64,000 bases of DNA from a virus. Position numbers and translations under genes: made by a program. Each line of letters opens with the position of its first letter. Position 1 is the first letter of the stretch. The notes under the pieces are model-generated. The model was not told the DNA's origin and made no database searches. It worked only from the letters and a program-made list of their open reading frames with translations. Where the stretch lies: IMG/VR virus record IMGVR_UViG_3300045988_089178; one strand, written 5' to 3'. Positions 12,666 to 25,047 of this stretch are shown here, piece after piece.

Positions 12666-14057
12666 ATGCGTTTTGGTATTCGTGAGATTTGCGATGTAGT
12701 ACTTCGTGCCAAAAGCTATCAGACTTTAGGTAATCGTAAGTTCTATAAAAATGAACCAGTTTTGTACTTTGACACTTTAAGAACCTCTACTCTTGAAGGT
12801 GCTGCAACAACTGTATACGCACAGGGCGGACGTGGATATACTAGATTGATTGCTTGGGAAGGTGAGCGTACTCTAACATTTACAATGGAAGATGCTTTAC
12901 TTTCTCCAGAGAGCTTCTCTATTCTTTCTGGTGCAGGTCTGCTTGATGCAACAAAAGAAGCTCCAATTTACGTTCATCAAACTTCTCAGGTAGAAGTTGA
13001 AACAGCTAACACTATCGTGATTCCTGATAAAGCTTGCTGGAATGGATTTGCAGATCATGAAAATGAAATGTATCATCGTTCTGCTGACATTTTTGTAATG
13101 GTATTAGGAGATGATGGTCAAGTTAATGCTGAACCATGCATTCCTGTTTCTGTTTCTTATACAGAGGACGGAAAATCAACTTTAACTTGCTATTCTCATG
13201 CGGGAGTGCTCCCATCTGGTACTATCGTTTTAGTTGACTATTATGTAAAGCGCACTGGTGGCGCCCAGATGATTGAGATTACCGCTGATAAGTTTGGTGG
13301 AAATTATTATCTTGAAGCTTCTACTCTATTCCGCCGTGAGAGCGATGGCGTAGATATGCCTGCTGAATTTATTATTCCTAACTGTAAGGTTCAGAGTAAC
13401 TTCACATTCAGCATGGCTGCTAACGGTGATCCATCTACCTTTACATTCACAATGGACGCTTTCCCAGACTACACTAAGTTTGATCAAACTCATAAAGTTC
13501 TTGCCGCTATTCAGGTAATTACTGATGAAACTGGGGAAACCGAAGGATCTCGTGAGCCATGCTCTGAGAATGTTGGTACTTATGAGAGTGAAGCTGCTGA
13601 TGTAACTGTAAATTTTGTTTCTAACAGTGCCACAGAGGCGGAACTTGATGTAACTGGTACTGTAACAGGAAAGGCTTATGATACTGAGGCTTATGGAGAT
13701 ACAATTCCAGAAGCCGCACAAATTAGCCTCCAAATTCCAGTAGAGAGCGATAGTACCAAGTATACTGTAGTAACAACTAATCCAGCATATGAGAAATACT
13801 TCTCTACTGATGACCGTATTGAGGGCAATACAAAGACTCAAACCGTAGATGGCGCAGAATTGGCAGATGGCCTATTAGTAATTCTTACTAAGGAGAGTAA
13901 TACAACTCCTATTACAGCTAAGATTACTAAGATTAACGGAGACTTTGAGAAGAGTTATACTATTAATAACAAGCTCAGTTTTGCAGAAAGCACAAGCACT
14001 TATTCTGGCGCAAAAATGCGCAATAAGTTAGTCTCTGTTAGCGATGACACCATTTAA
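12666..14057 (+). CDS. major tail protein (tube or sheath-like, C-terminal Ig-like region); no TAG
   Basis: Intact 463-aa track ORF with strong SD; TAG-free inside a TAG-dense operon; followed by strong terminator; position between neck genes and tape measure. Confidence 0.5.
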   Translation: MRFGIREICDVVLRAKSYQTLGNRKFYKNEPVLYFDTLRTSTLEGAATTVYAQGGRGYTRLIAWEGERTLTFTMEDALLSPESFSILSGAGLLDATKEAPIYVHQTSQVEVETANTIVIPDKACWNGFADHENEMYHRSADIFVMVLGDDGQVNAEPCIPVSVSYTEDGKSTLTCYSHAGVLPSGTIVLVDYYVKRTGGAQMIEITADKFGGNYYLEASTLFRRESDGVDMPAEFIIPNCKVQSNFTFSMAANGDPSTFTFTMDAFPDYTKFDQTHKVLAAIQVITDETGETEGSREPCSENVGTYESEAADVTVNFVSNSATEAELDVTGTVTGKAYDTEAYGDTIPEAAQISLQIPVESDSTKYTVVTTNPAYEKYFSTDDRIEGNTKTQTVDGAELADGLLVILTKESNTTPITAKITKINGDFEKSYTINNKLSFAESTSTYSGAKMRNKLVSVSDDTI

Positions 14058-14063
14058 TTTTAA

Positions 14064-14098
14064 GGGAGGACTTAATAAAGTCCTCCCTTTTTCTTTTT
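14064..14098 (+). terminator. rho-independent terminator
   Basis: Stem GGGAGGACT/AGTCCTCCC, loop TAATAA, then TTTTTCTTTTT. Confidence 0.7.
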
Positions 14099-14116
14099 AT
14101 AAGGAGATATAGGAGT

Positions 14117-15559
14117 ATGGATGTTAATATTTATGATTATGTATAGCGTTGGTCTTTAAATTATATTGTTTATCATAGTAGTCATTTAAGAGAATATGGA
14201 GATGTAGAGTCCGCAAATATTCTCTTTAGTGGATAGTATCAAGAGGCAATGAGTAAAATGAAGACTGCGGGAATTGAGACTTAGATTGCATCAATTCAAG
14301 AATAGATGCAATCTAAGGGTCCAGTTGCCGCGAGCGGATTGAGAGTTTTAAGTGATTTATAGATTGGTACCTTATTGGATTCTACTCTTGATTAGATCGC
14401 GGCAGGTATCAATGAAGGAATTGAATTAGCCGGTGGATAGGTAAATTTTGAGAATTATAATACTATATTACAATAGGCTGGCAATTTTAATAATTTGTTG
14501 GCTAATGGGGCACCTGATATAAAAAGAGTTAATGATTTTTTTAGATTATTGATATAGGCTCTTATGAAAGCCAATATGATAAATGTCAATGTTCTTGATG
14601 CTTTAGCCTAGATAGGAAGATCGCTAATTGGTACTAGTTTTTAGATAGATAATTCTTAGCAGCACTATGTTATGTCCATTGAAGATGGGGATATCAATGT
14701 AGCGAAAGAAGTAATAGATTCGTTGAGTAGAGCGGTTTCAAGATTAAATGAAGGTGGAAGTGTAAACTCTAGATCTTTTGCTAATACAATATCATATATT
14801 TTTAGAAAAGTTATTGGAAATTAGATTAGTCAAGCTATAGTCGCAGAAGGTATATCTATTGGAATTAATACTGCGGATAGTATATTAGATACTGCTATTA
14901 AGTAGTCTGGTGGAAAATTAAAGTGGGTTGATAGAGGATAGAATACTACTTCTGACAATGGAAGTAGAGGTGCTGTTAAAGTTTTTAATAATGATGTTTT
15001 TAATTTGTCAGTAACTAAGGGTAATCAAGTATTTAATATAGAAATTAGTGCTAATGTTAATGCAAAGTGGTAGAATAAAAAGAAATCTGCAAATAGAATT
15101 TAGGTTTTTTCAAATATGAATGTAGGGGATTATTTTTCTGGTTAGCCAGAAAAATATCTTGCTTATAATATGATTGCTCATAGATTCACTGGATCAGATT
15201 TTGAAGAATCTTTTAATAATATTCGTGCATCGGTAGCCGCCTCATTTTTTAATGAATGGGTTTCTTCTGGCGGTCTAGCTTCTTCTAAAGGACATCTTGG
15301 TCAGTTACTTATTGTTAATGGTAAAGTTTTTTCTATTTAGCGTATTATAAATAATATTTGTGATGACATAGTTCGCAATAGCGGTCATGAAATAGTTTCT
15401 ATTGGGGGAGAAAATTCTACTGGTAATAAGTGGTATGGAAATACTGGTCCAAATGTATTAGACGCTTTAACTCGTAGTAATATAGTTAATGAAGTTATAA
15501 GTAAATTAACAATTTCTGCTACATTAAACAATAATATATTGTCTAAATACGCATATTAA
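14117..15559 (+). CDS. hypothetical structural protein, extremely TAG-dense (about 38 in-frame TAG in 480 codons)
   Basis: SD AAGGAGATATAGGAG plus ATG 14117; single frame open to TAA 15557-15559 only if TAG is sense. The track reports no ORF of 60 aa or more here. Confidence 0.4.
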
Positions 15560-15563
15560 AAAC

Positions 15564-15592
15564 TTGACAATAGTTAATTTTTCTAGTATAAT
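15564..15592 (+). promoter_or_regulatory. consensus sigma70-type promoter TTGACA-17 bp-TATAAT
   Basis: TTGACA at 15564-15569, 17-nt spacer, TATAAT at 15587-15592, 32 nt upstream of ATG 15625. Confidence 0.65.
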
Positions 15593-15624
15593 AAAAATAT
15601 AAATGAGATAAAGGAGTTTTTACA

Positions 15625-16164
15625 ATGAGTGAAATTACTTTTAAAGATTTGGGTTTGGAGCCTAAAATTAAATATACAGAAGTAAAAATTGGAGAAGATA
15701 AGATTTTATCTGTGGTTAATTATCTTCCGATTGCAGATAAAACAAATCTTATTACTTTTGTCGCAGATTTAGCGATAGATGAGATGACTGGGTGTTTTAG
15801 TCCGGTAAGAGTAGAAACTTATTTTGCTATTGCTATTTGCAGATGGTATGGTGGAATTGTTTTTGAGCAAGAAGATGTGCATGAAAATATTGCCAAAACT
15901 TATGATACACTAGAGACTAATGGTGTTATTGATGCAGTTAGAAGTGCTATTCCAGTAGATGAATTGTCTTTTATTGAAGACTTAGTTAGAGATACTTTAA
16001 GCGATATAGCAAGATATAATAACTCTGCCGCAGGCATTATCCAAATGATGAATAAAAATGCTTCTGGATTAGATACATATATTACTGATATAATGGAAAA
16101 AATTAAAAATGGTGAGAATCTTGAAACTTTATCAGTAATTAAAGATGTGGTTGGAAAAGATTAA
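15625..16164 (+). CDS. hypothetical protein, TAG-free, own promoter and terminator (moron-like; occupies tail-assembly-chaperone position upstream of tape measure)
   Basis: Intact 179-aa track ORF with SD AAAGGAG; flanked by the consensus promoter and a strong terminator. Confidence 0.6.
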   Translation: MSEITFKDLGLEPKIKYTEVKIGEDKILSVVNYLPIADKTNLITFVADLAIDEMTGCFSPVRVETYFAIAICRWYGGIVFEQEDVHENIAKTYDTLETNGVIDAVRSAIPVDELSFIEDLVRDTLSDIARYNNSAAGIIQMMNKNASGLDTYITDIMEKIKNGENLETLSVIKDVVGKD

Positions 16165-16203
16165 TAAATCTAATATAATTTACAAATTAGATAGAGAATT
16201 AAA

Positions 16204-16244
16204 AGGCTCTTGAGATATAATTCTCAAGAGCCTTATTTGTTTTA
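16204..16244 (+). terminator. rho-independent terminator
   Basis: Stem GGCTCTTGAGA/TCTCAAGAGCC, loop TATAAT, then TTATTTGTTTTAT. Confidence 0.7.
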
Positions 16245-16269
16245 TGGGTGATAAAGGAGGAAAAGGATT

Positions 16270-19200
16270 GTGGCTAATAATAGAAGATTAAATTATTAGA
16301 TTGGGTTTGATGTTGATACTGCTGAACTTTACAGAGCAGTAAACGAGGCAGTTCAATCTTTAAATAAAATCAGTGCCGGTTCTAAAGTTACAGCAGAATT
16401 GCGACAAGCTTCTTAGTCTGCGCTAGAGTTATCTACTTATATGCATTAGGCATTTAATCAAGGGACTGGAAAGTTAGATTTAGTAGCTTTTGAAAATAGT
16501 TTAAAATCTAGCGGAAGAACTCTTAAAGATTATGCCAACTCGTTAATTTCGATTGGTACCGAGGGGCAAAAGGCTTTTTTAAATGTAGCAACAGCGATTC
16601 AAAAAGCGGAGCTTCCAGCATTGCGCACTGGCAAAATATTTGATTAGTTATGGATTACTATGAAAAATACTATGAGATGGCAGATTACCTCCACCGCGTT
16701 AAATAGTTTTGTGGGAACCATAGAATCAGCTTATGGGTATGCACAAGATCTAAATGAATCATTAACAAATATTCGTATAGTTACTGAAAATTCTGCGGAA
16801 GACATGGCTAAATTTGCTCAATAGGCAAATGAAGCAGCAAAAGCATTAAGTACAACTACTGTTGAATATAGTGATGCTGCTTTGATTTATTATCAATAGG
16901 GTCTTACTGAATAGGAAGTTTTAGATAGAACTGAAACTACTATTAAAATGGCTAATGCCGCAGGAATTAGTGCATAGACCGCTTCGGATCAGCTGACCGC
17001 AGTTTGGAACAACTTCTATGATGGAAGTAAGAGTCTTGAATATTATGCTGATGTAATGGTGCGTTTAGGCGCCGATACAGCGTCTAGCTCTGATGAAATT
17101 TCAGAAGGTATCCAACAATTTGCCTCTGTAGCAGATACAGTTGGATTAAGTTACGAATATGCTGCTTCTGCTCTTGCTACTGTCACTGCTACGACACGTG
17201 AGTCTGCTAATGCAGTAGGTACAGCATTTAGAACTTTATTTGCTCGTATCCAAGGCTTAAATCTTGGAGAAACTCTCGATGATGGCACTACATTAAATAA
17301 ATATTCTAAAGCTCTTGAAAAAGTGGGTATTGATATTTTTGATGTTAATGGTGAGATTAAAACTATGGATACCTTACTTGATGAAATGGGTTCAAAATGG
17401 GAGACCTTATCTAATGACTAGTAGATTGCTTTGGCTTAGACCGTAGCCGGAGTTCGCCAATATACTCGTCTTATTGCACTTATGGATAATTGGGATTTCT
17501 TTTAGGAGAATTTAGCTAGTGCTTATGGAGCAGAGGGATCTCTTTAGGAACAGGCAGATATTTATGCTGAATCTTGGGAAGCTGCTAGAGATAGAGTAAA
17601 AGCATCTGCTGAGGATATTTATGATAGTGTCATAAATCCAGATTTGTATATAAATGCAGATAATGTCTTAACTCCATTTTTATCTGGTATTGCAGACGCC
17701 ATTGATGCAATGGGAGGGTTAAATGGTATTTTAGCTAGTACCGCTTTGTTGATTAATGGGATTTATGGAAATAAGATTGCTGAATCAATGCGTTCTATGG
17801 TGGCTAATATAAAAGTTCTATCTGGATTAGAGTAGAATAGAGCGAGAAATTTGTAGGCATCAGCGGCTGAGATAGCAACTCAATTAGGCTTAACAAACTC
17901 TATGTCTTAGGCTGAAAAAAATCTTTTTAATATTATGGTTGACTAGGCTAATATATAGGGCCAAATAAATAGTAACTACGACGCGATGGATGCTAATGGT
18001 CGTAGATTAATTTAGACAGAACAGTTAAAATTAAGTATTTTGCAAGATTAGTTAAAGACATATTCTTAGTAGTAGATTTAGTCTAGGGAAAATGTATTAA
18101 ATCTTAGAGATACTATTTATTTTAATATAGGAATAAAAGATGGCTGGCAAGAAGAAGTTAAAGCAGAAATAAATAAATTTAATAGTAGAAATAAAAGTAA
18201 TCAAATTTAGTTAAATATAAGAGCTAATAGTAACCTTGATAAAATTTATAATGATGTTACTACTTAGTTAACTAGTTTAATTTAGCAATCTACAAAACTT
18301 GATACAGTGTATCAAGAATTTAAAAAACTTGAAAGCGCTGGAACTGCGACTAGAGACAGCCTTCGTAATTTATTATCTAGTGTTACGGGCAAAGAACATA
18401 ATTATGCTTAGATTGAATGGCTGACTTAGCAATTAGAGGGGTTAAAAAATTAGTCTCAAAATGCAAAATTGCAAATTCGTGAACTTGGGACTATTTTATA
18501 GACTATGGGAGCCGATCCAAGAGTAGTTACTTCTTATATTAATGAATTAACAAAATTGGAGTCTGTTACTGCAAGAACAACTGAACAAGAGGCTCGATAT
18601 TAGGAATTGTTAGCGAAGTTCCCTAGTGTAATTACAAAAGCATTAATACCAACGAGAGATTGGGCTACAATATTGGTTTAGGTTGGAAGTTCTCTTTCTA
18701 GTTTAACTATGATTATGAATGCTTTTTAGAGCATTGGAAGAATTTTTTCTGATGAAGATATGACTTCAACTGAAAGAATTGTAGCTTTGTTTACTTCTCT
18801 TGGTATGTTACTACCCTCTATTATTTCTGTTTATAAAACTTTAAATATGTTAACTACTGCTCATGCTGTTGCAGCAGCGGCGGACGCCGCGGCAACATCA
18901 GTAGAGGCTTTAGCGACAGAATAGCTTGCTATGGCGAAGCAGAAAGCCGCTATGGCTTCCGGCATCTTAACTGCTGCAATTATGGTAGCAATAATAGCGA
19001 TTACTGCAATAACAAGTGCTATAAAAGCATAGCATGAAGCAACCTTGGCTGCTGCTTAGGCCTCTATTGATGCGGCAAATGCAAAAAAAGAAGAAGCACA
19101 AGCGAATAGAGAGTTAATTCAATCTACTCAAAATGCCTTATCTACTTATCAAGAAACTGGGGATGGAAAAGAAGAGTTAGATGATTTAACTCGTTAGTTG

Positions 19201-22200
19201 GCTGAAGCGTATGATTTAGAAGGCAGTGCATTAGCTAGACTAAGTGGATAGTATGAAGATTATAATAGTGTTTTAAAAGCTGCTCAAGAAGCTCAAAGAA
19301 GAGAACTTTAGGAAACTTTGTAGTCCCAAGAAGAAGCGTTACGTGCGAATGAAACTCTCATTCTTGAAACCGCGAGAGAGGGCGTGGGCCACGTATATTT
19401 TGGTGGAAATTATGAGGGGTCTTTTACTGGTTTTAATGATTTTTGGAATGGCACCGAAGAAGATACTGCATCTAATATTCTTCTCAATAATGTGGACGCT
19501 TTATATAGTAGTTGGAATGACAATGTAATTGGCGGAAGAAGAAACTTAGCTTTTTCTATAGACCCAAATAATACAGAAGAATTAATTAATTTTTATGATC
19601 AATTAAATAATGCTATTAATTTGATGAATAATAGCATGACTGTTTCGGAAAGAGGAGCATCTGGACTTTACAATGCTGCTGTTGAGTGGCGAGATAAAAT
19701 GGAAGAGGTTGTCACTCAATATAAAGAAACTAAAGAGAGTATAAATGCTATTCGGGTATAGCTTGGAGAGTTTAATAATTAGACTATTACCGATGATCAA
19801 GTATCAAGTTTAGCGTAGTATAAAATTTGGGTTAACGAAGTTACAGAGGCGCTCACTTCTGCTGGATATGAAGGCGAAGAATTAAACGATATAATCAATG
19901 ATTTAGTATCTACTTCTCTGAATCCTGATATTAGTGGCTTTAAAGATATTTATGACGCAATTTTAGAGGTTGAAGAATTAGTCAATGATGAAGAATTAAA
20001 AAGTAATCTTGAATCTATTTTTACAGATGAAAATTATGATACTTCTGTATTAAATTTATTAAATTGGGGTGCTTTAACATAGGAGACTTTTTAGGATGCC
20101 TATGACAGTGCTAAAAAATATACTGATGCTATTTCCGAAGTTGAAAACGCAACAGAATCTTTAACTACTGCACAATCTGCCTTAGAAACTCTTGGAGATA
20201 GAGATTTAGATCGAGAAGGATTAGAATCACTTTCTAAAACTGTTGATTGGGGAAATCAAGAAAAAGGAATTATTGATTTTAATTAGTTCCTTGCTATGAC
20301 TTTAGTTGAACAATAGAGTTATTTATAGAGGATTATAAATGAGTCCTATTAGGCTGTCAATAATGGATTAATAGATTAGATTAGTGAAGCAAAAAAGAGA
20401 ATAACTGAGCAATAGGATATTTTAAATCAATATAGCGATTCTGAATTAGAACGTGCAGAAAAAGTTGTTTATGCTTGGGAACAAGTTCGAGAAGCGTATA
20501 ATGATTATCAAGGTAGCTTAAATGGCGGAGAAGAATTTAATCTTGATAATTATACGATTGATTGGGATTTGTTAGGTGAAAATTTTGATTGGGAATCTTT
20601 TAAAACCGAAACTGCGGATAACGTAGCTAGTGCATTTGAGTATGGGACAAAAGAAGCTCAAGATAAAATTGATACTGTAACTTTAGCAGAGTAGCTAATT
20701 AGTAGTTTATAGGATGATATAGATTCTAGCACAGCTTAGTTACAAATAAATGCAGAATTAAATTTTTAGAATCAATTAGATTAGATTGAAAATTCCGTTG
20801 ACGGAATTGTAAGTGTATTCGATGCTATTTCTGATGGAGTAAGCTAGACTACCAATGAAGCTGGAGAACAAGTTTGGAGTTTTAGTAGAGAAGCAGCTAA
20901 GGCTATTGAATCTATCTATCCAGGTTTTATAGCTAACGCGGAATTATTAAGGGATGGTACATTTGCTTTAACAGATGAGATGTATCAAGCATTTTATAAT
21001 AGTTCTTAGGGGCAATTAGCTGTTGATGCTGATACCAAATCTAATATGCTTCAAAATCTTATTTCTCTTTTAGAGGCTAAACGAGGAGAGGCTGAAGCTT
21101 CGCTTAAGATCGCTGATCAGCTAGCTTCTGGAGAATTAACTATAAACGAATTATCAGATGAGCAGAAGAGAACTTTATTAGCGGGATATGTAAATGCTTA
21201 GAATCTTGCTAATGGAGAAATGTTAGATGATTAGGTCAATAGTTTAACCGCACAAGATACAAATTAGTAGACTTTATGGACTAATGTTAGCGAGTATTCT
21301 GCTTAGGGCGCGCAGAACATGAGTACTAATGTATAGTTAAATACTCAAAATGTTCTTGCTAATCTTGAAAAAATTAGAGATGCGGCATATGCTACTGGAA
21401 TTCAAGTATCTCAAATAGGAACTGATAATGTTACTAAGCAAGATTTTGATACTTCTGCTGTTTCTTTTGATAGTTCGGCTGCAACAACAATAGATACGAG
21501 TAACGCTAATGATTTCTTAAATTCTTTAACTGCAAATTTAGATGTAGAACCTGTAACCGCAGACGATTTAAATATTTATGGTGATGCTAGTGAGGCACTT
21601 GAAGCTAAGCAATCTTAGGCAGTTGGAGAAGCGCTAAGGGCCATTTATTAGGGGAGTATTGATGGGTATAATGAGGCTATAGCAGCAGCAAAAATAGCCT
21701 AGAGCAAATTATTAGATTCTATTGATGGAGCTATAGAAGGGGTAAAGGGAAGTTCAAGTGGCGGAGATAATGAAGGCACTAAGTATGACGAAGAAGATGA
21801 AAAGACTCTAAAGGATATTGAAGATAGATACCATGAAATAACTCGCGAAATTGAGAATTAGAACGATTTATTAGATGATATTGGAAATAATATAGATAGA
21901 GCCTATGGCGCCAATAAACTTCAAGCATACTAGAGAGAACTTCAAGAATTAGAGAAATAGCAAGCTAATTATAACAAACTACTTAATGAAGCTGAAACTT
22001 ATCTTACAAAAGACTAGGCAGATCTTCAAGGGTTGTTTAATAATTCTCTTATTTTTGATGAAAATGGAGAAATTGAAGGTTATCAAAGTGTTCTTCAATC
22101 TATAATAGATGATTATAATAATAATTTCTTGGCAGATTATAATGCTTTTTTAGTTACCTTTAGTAATCTTACTAAAGATGAATAGGAAGCTAGATAGGCA

Positions 22201-24996
22201 GAATATGATAGTTGGCAGTTACAAAAGGAAGCTGCTGATGAATTATTCCAAGCTCGTTAGGATGCTCTCGCCCAATATGAAGAAACTCTTGACAAAATTC
22301 AAGAAGTAAAGGATGAATAGGAAGAACTAGAGAGAAGCATCGCAGACAATAGATTGAGCTAGATTGAATATAAACTTGAAGTTGTAATAGAAATAAAAGA
22401 TGCTAAAGATGCTGTTCGTGAATTAACTAAAAAGATTGCAGAATCATTTGGCGATGAATTAACTCATGGTATTGAAGTCGCTCGTATTGATGAAAATAGT
22501 GTGAACGAAAATATAAAAATAATCAAGGATTATGAAGAAACACTTAAAAGTTATCAAGAAGAATTGGCTAACGCAACGGATGCGACTGATATTGATGGAA
22601 TTATAAGTAAAATATCTGATTTATAGGGTAAAATAATTTCTACCGCAGAAGCTCTACTTGATTGGGTAGAGGGTCTTGAAGAAATGTTGCCAAATGCATT
22701 AGACGCTGCATCTGAAAGATTCGCTGAATTTACTGATCAACTTGACCATAATGAATCAGTTCTTGGACTTATAAAAGAATTGTATACACTTTAGGGGGTT
22801 ACATATAAAACCGAAGAAGGATTTGAATAGCTCCAAAAAGTAAGCGAAGAAACAATGAAAGCTCAAATAGCAAATGCGCAGTTAAATAAATAGTGGTACG
22901 ACGGTATTAAATAGGAACTTTTAGAAGCTTAGAGTGCGTTAGATGCGTTAGACGGCGATGAAACAGATCCGGCATATGATGGTTTAAAAGCTAATCGAGA
23001 TGCATTATTAGAAGAATATAATGAAGCTCAATAGGCGATGTTAAGTTCCGCGCAAGCCGCTATGGAAACTGCACAAGAGATGTATACTTAGGCTATTGAA
23101 AGAGCCGTATACGAATTTGGATAGGCGGTTTCTGGCGGAGTTGGCTTAGATTTGCTACAAGACAAGTTCGATCATTATATTGAGCAAGAAGATAGATATT
23201 TAGATAAAGTAAATGAAGCATATGAAGTATCTTCTTGGTATAATAAACTTCAATAGGATATTGATAAAGCCACTAATTCTAAAATGAAAGATTAGTTGAA
23301 ATAGTTACAAGAAGAAATTGATATTCGTAGAGAGAATAATACTTTATCTGAATATGATCTAGAAATTCTTGAAGCTAAGTATAATGTTCTTTAGGCTTAG
23401 ATGGCTCTTGAAGATGCTCAAAATGCAAAGAATCAACTTAGATTAGTAAGAGATAGTCAAGGTAATTGGAATTATCAATATACCGCAGATGCGAGTTAGA
23501 TAGCAGATGCGGAATAGAATTTACTTGATGCAGAGAATGAATGGTATAATATAGCTAAACAATAGGTTGAAGATGTTACTGGAGAAATTATTTCTACTTG
23601 GCAGGAATGTCAGGATAAAATAAAAGAGATTTATTCTGATATGACCTTGACTGATGAGGAAAGATCTGCCCGCGCGCAAGAAATCTATTCTTATTATACG
23701 CAGAAGGTTAAGGATCTAGAGAACGAAAAACAGATCGCTATTTAGGATATGACCGAAGCCGGTAATAAAGCCTTAATTGATATGGCTATTGTTGCGGGAG
23801 ACGAGGTAAGTGATCTAACTGGAATTACAAGTCAAGAAATTCAGGATATTATAGCCAACTCTGGCTCTAGTATTATTGATTTGTTATTATCCGATAATGA
23901 ATAGATTCAAGATATAGTTGGAAGTAATACAAAACTTATTGATTTATTTGATAATGTTTTTGCAAAAGATCTTGCTAATATGACTTCTAATGCTGGAAAT
24001 TTTGAAGATTTTCTATCTAAAGCCATGGACGAAGCAAGTGAAGCAATGGAAGATTATCAAACTACTGTCTCTGGAGTGGCTGATTAGACTGGAACAAGCC
24101 TTGATGATTTAGAAGGTTATCTTGATGATGTTACAACTTCTACAGAGTTATGTTCTGATGCGGGATCAGAAGCTGTCACTTAGATGTTAGAATAGATAAG
24201 CACTATTCAAGATTTAAGTCAAGAATATTTAGACATGGCTGAATCAGTTAGAGAATATATAAGGGCTCTTGAGGAGGCTGCTAGAGCAGCTGGAAATACA
24301 ATAGAAAGCGCTGGAGGAATAGATAAAGATGATTTACCTCCCGCTAATTCAGATCAATCTTCTGATAATAACTCTAGCAATAGTAATAGCGGATCTTCCA
24401 GTGGAGGGGCTGGAAGTGGCAATGGAATCCCAGAAGTAGGAGACGAAGTCATTTATACTGGTGGAACTTATTATCATGATTCTTATGGCACAGATCCAGC
24501 AGGTAGACGTGGACCCGGTAAGAAAGTTAAAATAACTAATATAGCTAAAGGCAGACCATATCCGATTCATGTATAGTCTAATAATTCTGCATATGGCTGG
24601 TTAAAAGAAAGTCAAATAAGCGGATTTGATACAGGAGGTTATACTGGAGAATTTGATAATGCTAAATTAGCTTTCTTACACGAAAAAGAGTTAGTTTTAA
24701 ATCAAGAAGATACGAAAAATATTCTCGCGGCGGTTTCTGCTATAAGAGCTTTTGAACCTAGTTTTATAGCTTCTATAGAGAAAGCGCTTGATGGAAATGC
24801 ACTATCTATTTCTAATCTTATGGCATCAAGATTAGGATCTAATACTTAGATTACTCCAGCAGATAACACAGTTGAACCGTATATAAATATTGAGCGAGTT
24901 GAGTTCCCAAATGCGACATCTTCTGATGAAATTCAAGATGCTATTCGTAGTTTAGCTGATGATGCTACTCAATGGGCAAATAGAAGAAAGGGATAA
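16270..24996 (+). CDS. tail tape measure protein, about 2908 codons, with roughly 150-250 in-frame TAG
   Basis: Track ORFs 17056-17421, 17644-17835, 19384-19761 and 24235-24576 all lie in one frame that stays open from GTG 16270 (SD AAAGGAGG) to TAA 24994-24996 when TAG is sense. Ala/Gln/Glu-rich coiled-coil composition with a hydrophobic segment near 18.8-19.0 kb; 12 TAG in a sampled 160-codon stretch. Confidence 0.65.
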
Positions 24997-25023
24997 TAGG
25001 GGAGATTTCCTCCCCTATTATCC
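24991..25023 (+). other. perfect 13-bp stem hairpin overlapping the tape-measure stop codon
   Basis: GGATAATAGGGGA-gatttcc-TCCCCTATTATCC; no downstream T-run. Confidence 0.5.
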
Positions 25024-25047
25024 CTATGAGAAAAAGGAGGATAAATA

